DNA of 29,395 bases. It comes from Macrostomum lignano. Taxonomy: Eukaryota. The position numbers were made by a program, and so were the translations under genes. The notes beneath the pieces are model-generated. The model ran no database searches, was not told the DNA's origin, and saw nothing but the letters and a program-made list of their open reading frames with translations. The DNA lies in the NCBI GenBank assembly GCA_002269645.1, contig NIVC01004988.1, positions 1 to 29,395 of the forward strand. The letters are read 5' to 3'. This document shows, one piece after another, positions 21,557-29,395 of the stretch; the stretch's first letter is position 1, and every line of letters starts with the position of its first letter.

Positions 21557-23143
21557 CCCAGATCCTCAGGTGACCAGCCTCCTGGATCCTCGGGTGACCA
21601 GCCTCCCTGATCCTCAGGTGATCAGCCTCCCAGATTCCCAGGTATGACCAGCCTCCCAGATCCCCAGGTATGACCAGCCTCCCAGATCCTCAGGTGACCA
21701 GCCTCCCAGATCCCCAGGTATGACCAGCCTCCCAGATCCCCAGGTATGACCAGCCTCCCAGATCCCCAGGTATGACCAGCCTCCCAGATCCCCAGGTATG
21801 ACCAGCCTCCAGATCCCCAGGTATGACCAGCCTCCCAGATCCCCAGGTATGACCAGCCTCCCAGATCCCCAGGTATGACCAGCCTCCCAGATCCCCAGGT
21901 ATGACCAGCCTCCCAGATCCCCAGGTATGACCAGCCTCCCAGATCCCCAGGTATGACCAGCCTCCCAGATCCCCAGGTATGACCAGCCTCCCAGATCCCC
22001 AGGTATGACCAGCCTCCCAGATCCTCGGGTGACCAGCCTCCCAGATCCTCAGGTGACCAGCCTCCCAGATCCTCAGGTGACCAGCCTCCCAGATCCCTAG
22101 GTGACCAGCCTCCCAGATCCTCAGGTGACCAGCCTCTCAGATCCCCAGGTGACCAGCCTCCCAGATCCTCAGGTGACCAGCCTCTCAGATCCCCAGGTGA
22201 CCAGCCTCCCAGATCCTCAGGTGACCAGCCTCTCAGATCCCCAGGTGACCAGCCTCCCAGATCCCCAGGTATGACCAGCCTCTCAGATCCCCAGGTGACC
22301 AGCCTCCCAGATCCTCAGGTGACCAGCCTCCCAGATCCTCAGGTGACCAGCCTCCCAGATCCCTAGGTGACCAGCCTCCCAGATCCTCAGGTGACCAGCC
22401 TCTCAGATCCCCAGGTGACCAGCCTCCCAGATCCTCAGGTGACCAGCCTCTCAGATCCCCAGGTGACCAGCCTCCCAGATCCTCAGGTGACCAGCCTCTC
22501 AGATCCCCAGGTGACCAGCCTCCCAGATCCCCAGGTATGACCAGCCTCCCAGATCCTCAGGTGACCAGCCTCCCAGATCCCCAGGTATGACCAGCCTTCC
22601 AGATCCTCAGGTGACCAGCCTCCCAGATCCTCGGGTGACCAGCCTCCCAGATCCTCAGGTGACCAGCCTCTCAGATCCCCAGGTGACCAGCCTCCCAGAT
22701 CCTCAGGTGACCAGCCTCTCAGATCCCCAGGTGACCAGCCTCCCAGATCCTCAGGTGACCAGCCTCTCAGATCCCCAGGTGACCAGCCTCCCAGATCCCC
22801 AGGTATGACCAGCCTCCCAGATCCTCAGGTGACCAGCCTCCCAGATCCTCAGGTGACCAGCCTCCCAGATCCTCAGGTGACCAGCCTCTCAGATCCCCAG
22901 GTGACCAGCCTCCCAGATCCTCAGGTGACCAGCCTCTCAGATCCCCAGGTGACCAGCCTCCCAGATCCTCAGGTGACCAGCCTCTCAGATCCCCAGGTGA
23001 CCAGCCTCCCAGATCCCCAGGTATGACCAGCCTCCCAGATCCTCAGGTGACAGCCTCCCAGATCCTCAGGTGACCAGCCTCCCAGATCCTCAGGTGACCA
23101 GCCTCCCAGATCCCCAGGTTACCAGCCCCCCAGATCCTCAGGT
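21557..23143. repeat. Intronic minisatellite, 24/26-bp unit CCAGATCC(T/C)CAGGT(AT)GACCAGCCTC
   Basis: About 64 units. 19 carry the CAGGTATGA variant. Confidence 0.98.
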
Positions 23144-23212
23144 AAAGCAGATCAGTAATAGAACTTATGCAACCCCAATTTAAGCTCATACAATGGAAAA
23201 TTCCAATTTCAG

Positions 23213-23305
23213 GCTCGCATCCGTAAAGAGTTGAACGACTTCAAAGCCTACGAAATGCCGGTTCACGAGGAAAGCAAGAGATTCACTCGATTTCATAAGC
23301 CCTAA
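23213..23305 (+). CDS. PHACTR: PHACTR terminal coding exon
   Basis: TTTCAG| phase 0; ARIRKELNDFKAYEMPVHEESKRFTRFHKP*, matching the conserved PHACTR C-terminus (..IRKELNEFK..EM.VH..S...TRFHRP). Confidence 0.96.
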   Translation, partial: ARIRKELNDFKAYEMPVHEESKRFTRFHKP

Positions 23306-23510
23306 TTTAACTTACACTAGCAAGTACAGTATGTACTGCACAGGTAATATTTAGCAGATCAATATTTTCCTGTCTTTACCAATCATGTGAAGTGACTCAT
23401 TTTTCAAATGCAGCTTTTCTAGACAAAAACAAACATTTTGTTAACAATGTCCACTATTTTGGTTGACTACTTCTAGTAGGCTATGCGCGTGTGTTGGTTT
23501 CTACTCGATT

Positions 23511-23516
23511 AATAAA
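23511..23516 (+). terminator. Candidate PHACTR poly(A) signal AATAAA (another at 23945-23950)
   Basis: First AATAAA about 200 nt after the stop codon. Usage unverified. Confidence 0.4.
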
Positions 23517-24170
23517 AAAAACAGTTGCGCAATAGAAGTTCTGTTCATTCATTACTGATTATATTAGACGGGCGTGTGCTGTGCTTGTCTTTTATTTTTC
23601 CGTCTCCCAAATAGACTGCTCTGCGAACTTCTATAGCGGTTTTTCTGGCCTTACAAATACTCAGCTGCTGTGAGATATGGCAATTTTTTCTGTCTTATTT
23701 GTGTAGCTCGAGGTTTCAACATGTGCTAGCTATTACCTGTTTAACAGCTGAATGTCATTTAGACGCACACACCCTTGATGGTGGACAATAATATTATTGT
23801 ATTAGTAAATCATTTTCCCTTTGCCTGGTGACTAACTAAATGACTAATTTACTTACTATCTGCTTTTTAACGGCATCTGGACACTGTAAATTGTTGCTTT
23901 TCACTATACATCATGGCTTTAATTTCAAAACTTATTAATAATAGAATAAATAATTTAAACAGTAAATTGCGTTTATTTAGTTGAACAGAAGATTAACAGA
24001 AGCGTTAATCCCTTTTTGTAAGTTTTCATGCCATTTTTCTCTAAAATGCGTTCATATAATTCGTTGAGTGGCTTTCACTGTTAAATTATTAAAACTTAAA
24101 CCTTGCTAGCATTAACAAATTTCACCTGCTCAGCCGCAGCACTCAACCGTTGTACAGCCCACGTGCCACC

Positions 24171-24845
24171 CCACTGAATCCACCACCTCATTGAATCCAC
24201 CACCTCGTTGAATCCACCACCCTAATAAACCCACCAGCCAATTAAACCCACCACCCCACTAATTCCGCCACCCCAATAAACCCACCATCCCATTGAATCC
24301 ACCACCCCATTGAATCCACCACCCCATTGAACCCACACCCATTGAATCCACCATCCCATTGAACCCACCACCCCATTGAACCCACCACCCATTGAATCCA
24401 CCATCCCATTGAATCCACCACCCCATTGAACCCACCACCCCATTGAACCCACCACCCCATTGAACCCACCACCCATTGAATCCACCATCCCATTGAACCC
24501 ACCACCCCATTGAATCCACCACCCCATTGAATCCACCATCCCATTGAACCCACCACCCCATTGAACCCACCACCCATTGAATCCACCATCCCATTGAATC
24601 CACCACCCCATTGAACCCACCATCCCATTGAACCCACCACCCCATTGAACCCACCATCCCATTGAACCCACCATCCCATTGAATCCACCATCCCATTGAA
24701 TCCACCACCCCATTGAACCCACCATCCCATTGAACCCACCACCCCATTGAACCCACCATCCCATTGAACCCACCATCCCATTGAATCCACCATCCCATTT
24801 AATCCACCACCTCATTTAATCCACCACCCCATTTAATCCACTACC
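24171..24845. repeat. Intergenic minisatellite, 15-16-bp unit CCATTGAA(C/T)CCACCA(C/T)C
   Basis: About 42 tandem units between the convergent 3' ends. Confidence 0.97.
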
Positions 24846-25462
24846 CGATAGCCACTCCATGCCAAATTTAGCAACAAAAATTCACGATCTGAATTTGGTA
24901 GAAGTAATAAATTAGTTTTAAAGTTTATTTATTGATTTTGATTTTAATACAAGGCAATACTTTAATAGTTTATAAAATAATAATTACTGCAGCTGTTACT
25001 AATTTTCATTAAAAATTTTATTTGCAAAAATGGCGGCTGATAAAAGTTGCAGCAGATGAGATTAATACCTGCTGTTAGAACCCTTACACCATCGTTTCTT
25101 TAGAGAGACCCACTTACTTAAACTAAAGGCGCAGCCTCTTCAATATGAAGCATGTTATGAATGGAAGAAAAATAAACACAAGATACCTCAGTAAATGAAA
25201 ACAAAAATAACTCAAAATCATTAAGCTTATTAACGTTTGAGTAACACTTCGTTACTCGACAAGGAGTCAACTTAAACGAAAATATGTTTCTAGAGCGGCA
25301 AGTTTCAACGACTTTGTTTTTCTGCTCTCAAAAGTAATGCGAAAATTTAAATAAAATCAACAACGAAACCCGCGCAGTAACTGTTTTTCACGAGTCTTGT
25401 ACTTTCTGGAGCGTCATAAAAGTGCAAGGGAAATAATTTTCCCCAATTAAAGCATTTTATAC

Positions 25463-25468
25463 TTTATT
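25463..25468 (-). terminator. Candidate poly(A) signal of the ninein-family gene
   Basis: AATAAA on the minus strand about 125 nt after the stop codon. Confidence 0.45.
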
Positions 25469-25591
25469 GTTGAGAGGAATGGCAAAGGAATGCAAAGTTG
25501 AAAATGAGGAGATTGTTCCGTGTCTGGTGCTCTTGTGAAACTCATTGGTCAGGTATCTCAGTGAGCGGCCGTGTCTCATTGGTCAGGTATC

Positions 25592-25902
25592 TCAGTGAGC
25601 GGCCCCCTGGCTGACTCTGCCGAGTACTTTCTGCAGACTGCGGCATTTGTCGTCAAGCTGCTGGCAGCGCTGCTCGGCCACTTTCTGGCGCTGCTCGGTG
25701 ACCTGCAGAGCCTTCATGAGCTGGGCATTCTCAGCGTAGAGCTCTTTTAGCAGCTGGTCGGTCTTGGCCGTTCGCTCAAGTTGCTTCTTCATTTTCTCCG
25801 TCTGCTCGGATAGCAACTGCTGCTGGCGCTCCATCTTCTGCTGCATCTCTTCGCGCTCTCTACGCTCATTCTGCACCTGCCTTTGGAAGCCTTCCTGGGT
25901 GT
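25592..25902 (-). CDS. NIN: Ninein/ninein-like terminal coding exon
   Basis: CTGAC...TTGCAG| phase 1. Encodes DQLLKELYAENAQLMKALQVTEQRQKVAEQRCQQLDDKCRSLQKVL, closely matching the ninein/NINL C-terminal motif (..KDLYVENAQLLKALEVTEQRQKTAEK..) as I recall it. Confidence 0.85.
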
Positions 25903-26042
25903 CTGCAAGGGAGTCAGTACAGGACTTGATATGATAACTGTAATTGATGGGCCAGATGTACAATCGACAGCTCAGCCGCAGCTATTGCGCGGTGCATTTG
26001 AAGGCTGCGTACGGCTGTTCAGTCCAAGGACTGGGGGGGGGG

Positions 26043-26232
26043 GGGTCGCCACACACATCCTTAATTTCCCCAGCTAATGCTGGCACCCATTTTACAGCTG
26101 GGTGAACTGAAGCAATGCAGAGTTAAGTGCCTTGCTCAAGGGCACAAATTGTTTCATTGGGGATCCGGAATCGAACCATAGACCTTCAAGTCGTGAGTCT
26201 GATGCTCTAACCCCTAATAAGTCTACAACCCC
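26043..26232 (-). mobile_element. tRNA-derived SINE with CORE-like domain, copy 1
   Basis: Minus strand has a tRNA-like head with B box GGTTCGATTCC (26167-26177), then TGTGCCCTTGAGCAAGGCACTTAACTCTGCATTGCTTCAGTTCACCCAGCTGTAAAATGGG, which aligns by eye with the MIR CORE consensus. Confidence 0.82.
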
Positions 26233-26367
26233 TCTCTAGATGATTAATAAAAAAGTATAAAGTCTTATACAACTTGATACGAACTTTTTTTGAACCAACG
26301 CTACTGACTATATCACTGTGTACCTGCAACCAGTAATTTACAGTACTAATAAAAATTAACAACTCAC

Positions 26368-26653
26368 TCATTAGCATCTTCGAGGTCTCAGAATTCTTCA
26401 TATTGAGCGCTTTCTCCAGTGTATCAGCTTTCTTTTGAGCTTCGTTGAGCTTCTGAATGAGCTCGTTGTAACGGTTGCGATCTGTGCGGTCTGTGCGCAG
26501 CTGGTTATTGAGCTCTTCCACCTGAGCCTCCAGCGATCGCTTCTCATCCAGAAGCTTCTCCGCCTCGAGCTCCTTTTTGCGCAGATTTCTGTCCAGCCGG
26601 TTGGCGAACTCTTCCGCAGCCTTCCTGGCCGAGTATTGGCCCTCGGCGTCTTC
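26368..26653 (-). CDS. NIN: Ninein-family coiled-coil exon (alternative in-frame acceptor at 26698)
   Basis: Phase 0 in, A|GTGAGT phase 1 out; EDAEGQYSARKAAEEFANRLDRNLRKKELEAEKLL...KMLM. Confidence 0.78.
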
Positions 26654-26766
26654 CTGACAGGTTCGAAATTCGAATTTAGATCTTCCTTTCGGTACACCCT
26701 GTGAGTCTTAGAGCTTGGCCCTCATGGCTGGGAACCGCACGACAACCCCCGAATTAATTGGCCTAT

Positions 26767-26961
26767 GGGTCGCCACACACAGCCTCAATTACCCCAGCTA
26801 ATGCTGGCACCCATTCTACAGCTGGGTGAACTGAAGCAATGCAGAGTTTTAAGTGTCTCTTGCTCAAGGACACAAATTGTTTCCGAGTAGGATCGAGAAT
26901 CGAACCACGGATCTTTCAGTCTTGAGTCCGACGCTCTAAGCGCTAAGGCTACAACTATCCC
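26767..26961 (-). mobile_element. tRNA-derived SINE with CORE-like domain, copy 2
   Basis: Same organisation as copy 1. B box at 26896-26906. Near-identical CORE and 3' segment. Confidence 0.82.
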
Positions 26962-27030
26962 ATATTCCCCAGTTAAACAGTATTCCCTGACTTTTTTGCT
27001 TTCCCTGACAAGACAGCGTCAAGCACAAAC

Positions 27031-27180
27031 CTTGAGCTGGGCGAGTTCCGCCTCCTTCTGCGCCACCTGAGCCTTGGCAGACTTCACCCGCTGCTCGCAG
27101 TCCCTCTCCAAGCGTTCAGCTTTGCTCCTGTCTTCGGCTTCGCTGCTTCGAATAGCGCCTTCGAGATTGTCGTTGAATCT
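27031..27180 (-). CDS. NIN: Ninein-family coiled-coil exon (150 nt)
   Basis: CAACAG| and AAG|GTTTGT, phase 0/0; RFNDNLEGAIRSSEAEDRSKAERLERDCEQRVKSAKAQVAQKEAELAQLK. Confidence 0.8.
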
Positions 27181-27698
27181 CTGTTGGATTTGGAAGTATG
27201 AATCTGTGCAACAGAAATCTCACAATATTTTTTATTACAGGCAGGGGGCTGTGTGTACCCTGGTGCACTTTAAGCGACATTGTCACACAACTGCCCAGCA
27301 GGCACACAAGCGCGCGGATACGTACGCAGTCATACGCACAGGCACACACTCACACAGGAGTGTACAGCTGCCCTAACTTTATTTATCGTTAGGCATGTAC
27401 ACTTCACTGTGCCCTGGGGGTTGGCTCTCAAGCTGGGCGTTAATTGCACGAGCAGAGCCAAGCCGAGATTCCAATTTAGCCCCAAATTAATGCGACTGCA
27501 GTTGGAATCGAGCCTGGGCCGCTGGCACATCAGAGCGCCGCGCCAGACCACTGGGCTGCGGGCCCTCTACGTTTCACGTTTGGAATTGCGACAAAATTTC
27601 AGAAGACGGTCACCGTTATCAAAATGAAGCATGCAAAATAGAAAAGATTTGACCAACACCAAAACTCAATAGATACTACTCATATTTCGTTGCGATAC

Positions 27699-27803
27699 CT
27701 TCAGCTCTTTGTTTTCCCGCTCTTGAGCGTTGAGCATGTTCTGAACTTCTTTAATTTTAGCGTTTAGATTTTTCGTCTCCATTAGTAGGTCATCATTTTC
27801 TTC
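27699..27803 (-). CDS. NIN: Ninein-family coiled-coil exon (105 nt)
   Basis: ACACAG| and AAG|GTATCG, phase 0/0; EENDDLLMETKNLNAKIKEVQNMLNAQERENKELK. Confidence 0.8.
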
Positions 27804-27917
27804 CTGTGTATTGTGTTTTGTCATTAAAGGAGTTTAGATTCAACGGTTATGATATTCAAATCACTCTACTACAAGTAATAGTTTTTAGAATAGTCAATTA
27901 AAAAAAATTGCGCTGAC

Positions 27918-28022
27918 CTTCTCGCGTTCGACTTTAATCTCGGCGGCTTTGAGTTTGTCTTTCAGTTCGGCGACTTCGCGGCTCAACTCGAGCTTCTGCT
28001 TGGTCAGACGGGAGTTCTCGAA
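27918..28022 (-). CDS. NIN: Ninein-family coiled-coil exon (105 nt)
   Basis: CACCAG| and AAG|GTCAGC, phase 0/0; FENSRLTKQKLELSREVAELKDKLKAAEIKVEREK. Confidence 0.8.
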
Positions 28023-28122
28023 CTGGTGTTGCGGAGAATGGGAGATGGGTGTTTTAATAGGGGTGACCAGGTGTGGCAACCAAAGGCACATGTTACCCAG
28101 AGGCTAACCTTAAATAAACTAA

Positions 28123-29293
28123 ATTCCTCAGTTAAGACAGCCCTACATTCCTCAGTCAAGACAGCCCTACATTCCTCAGTTAAGACAGCCCTACATTCCT
28201 CAGTTAAAACAGCCCTACATTCCTCATGGTTAAGACAGCCCTACATTCCTCAGTTAAGACAATCCTACATTCCTCAGTTAAGACAATCCTACATTCCTCA
28301 GTTAAGACAGTCCTACATTCCTCATGGTTAAGACAGCCCTACATTCCTCAGTTAAGACAGCTCTACATTCCTCAGTTAAGACAGTCCTACATTCCTCAGT
28401 TGAGACAGCCCTACATTCCTCATGGTTAAGACAGCCCTACATTCCTCAGTCAAGACAGCCCTACATTCCTCAGTTAAGTCAGCCCTACATTCCTCAGTTA
28501 AGACAGCCCTACATTCCTCAGTTAAGACAGCCCTACATTCCTCAGTTAAGACAGCCCTACATTCCTCAGTAAAGACAGCCCTACATTCCTCAGTTAAGTC
28601 AGCCCTACATTCCTCAGTTAAGTCAGCCCTACATTCCTCAGTTAAGTCAGCCCTACATTCCTCAGTTAAGTCAGCCCTACATTCCTCAGTTAAGTCAGCC
28701 CTACATTCCTGAGTTAAGTCAGCCCTACATTCCTCAGTTAAGTCAGCCCTACATTCCTCAGTTAAGTCAGCCCTACATTCCTCAGTTAAGTCAGCCCTAC
28801 ATTCCTCAGTTAAGTCAGCCCTACATTCCTCAGTTAAGACAGACCTACATTCCTCAGTTAAGTCAGCCCTACATTCCTCAGTTAAGTCAGCCCTACATTC
28901 CTCAGTTAAGTCAGCCCTACATTCCTCAGTTAAGTCAGCCCTACATTCCTCAGTTAAGTCAGCCCTACATTCCTCAGTTAAGTCAGCCCTACATTCCTGA
29001 GTTAAGTCAGCCCTACATTCCTCAGTTAAGTCAGCCCTACATTCCTCAGTTAAGACAGACCTACATTCCTCAGTTAAGTCAGCCCTACATTCCTCAGTTA
29101 AGACAGCCCTACATTCCTGAGTTAAGTCAGCCCTACATTCCTCAGTTAAGACAGCCCTACATTCCTCAGTTAAGACAGCCCTACATTCCTCAGTTAAGAC
29201 AGCCCTACATTCCTCAGTTAAGACAGCCCTACATTCCTCAGTTAAGACAGCCCTACATTCCTCAGTTAAGACAGCCCTACATTCCTCAGTTAA
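28123..29293. repeat. Intronic minisatellite, 24/26-bp unit CAGCCCTACATTCCTCAGTTAAG(A/T)
   Basis: About 48 tandem units inside the ninein-family intron. Confidence 0.98.
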
Positions 29294-29333
29294 AGTCCCC
29301 ACTGCTAAGGCCGCAAAACTCTATCTCGAATAC

Positions 29334-29395
29334 CTTGAGCTGATCGGTAAGATCTCCACCAGAACCGTCCGACTTGCCGATCTCGCCGGTCCAAC
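29334..29395 (-). CDS. NIN: Ninein-family exon, partial (runs off the window)
   Basis: WTGEIGKSDGSGGDLTDQLK then AAG|GTATTC donor in phase 0, matching the next acceptor. Confidence 0.6.

Noticed and set aside
21557-23143. Regularly spaced repeats as a CRISPR array
   Set aside because: There are no unique spacers, no cas genes, and the context is eukaryotic. The same applies to all other arrays here.
24222-24815. Gly/Trp-rich ORFs (GWWVQWGGGFNG)
   Set aside because: Minisatellite translation artefacts.
26167-26232. tRNA genes at 26.2 kb and 26.9 kb
   Set aside because: The heads are degenerate, do not form a clean cloverleaf, and run into a CORE-like domain, so they are SINE heads.
6420-27454. 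Shared 15-mer TTAATTGCACGAGCA at 6420 and 27440
   Set aside because: A single 15-nt match in 29 kb is near chance expectation, and the flanks do not extend.
28376-29302. (TEECRADL)n 308-aa ORF on the same strand as the ninein-family gene, coiled-coil-like by appearance
   Set aside because: Out of frame with the upstream exon (read-through from 29333 hits a stop), no ATG, and wholly explained by the 24-bp repeat.

Overview
Eukaryotic (metazoan invertebrate) genomic DNA with spliceosomal introns, not a prokaryotic locus. The minisatellite-packed introns are reminiscent of a flatworm such as Macrostomum, but that is only an impression. Two host genes converge tail to tail. On + is a multi-exon PHACTR (phosphatase and actin regulator) gene, about 11.25-23.3 kb, with a possible first exon at 7.5 kb. 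On - is the 3' part of a ninein/ninein-like coiled-coil gene, from the window end to 25.6 kb. Transposon relics: a decayed gag-protease Gypsy element with a 3' LTR (1-4008), a dead mariner (5.2-6.3 kb), an internally deleted THAP/P-element-like relic between 25-bp inverted repeats (8.36-9.74 kb), an internally deleted Gypsy in a PHACTR intron (13.8-16.7 kb), and two tRNA-CORE SINEs. Nine minisatellite arrays cover roughly 9 kb and account for most of the long ORFs in the supplied track, which are repeat artefacts. I cannot demonstrate a new biological system. The best leads are: (i) a family of related intronic minisatellites sharing a CCTCCCAGATCCYCA core, with splice-site-decoy and G4 potential; (ii) a PHACTR in which two of the four RPEL motifs appear lost while the PP1-binding tail is intact; (iii) the KP-like P-element derivative. 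All coordinates and alignments were read by eye.
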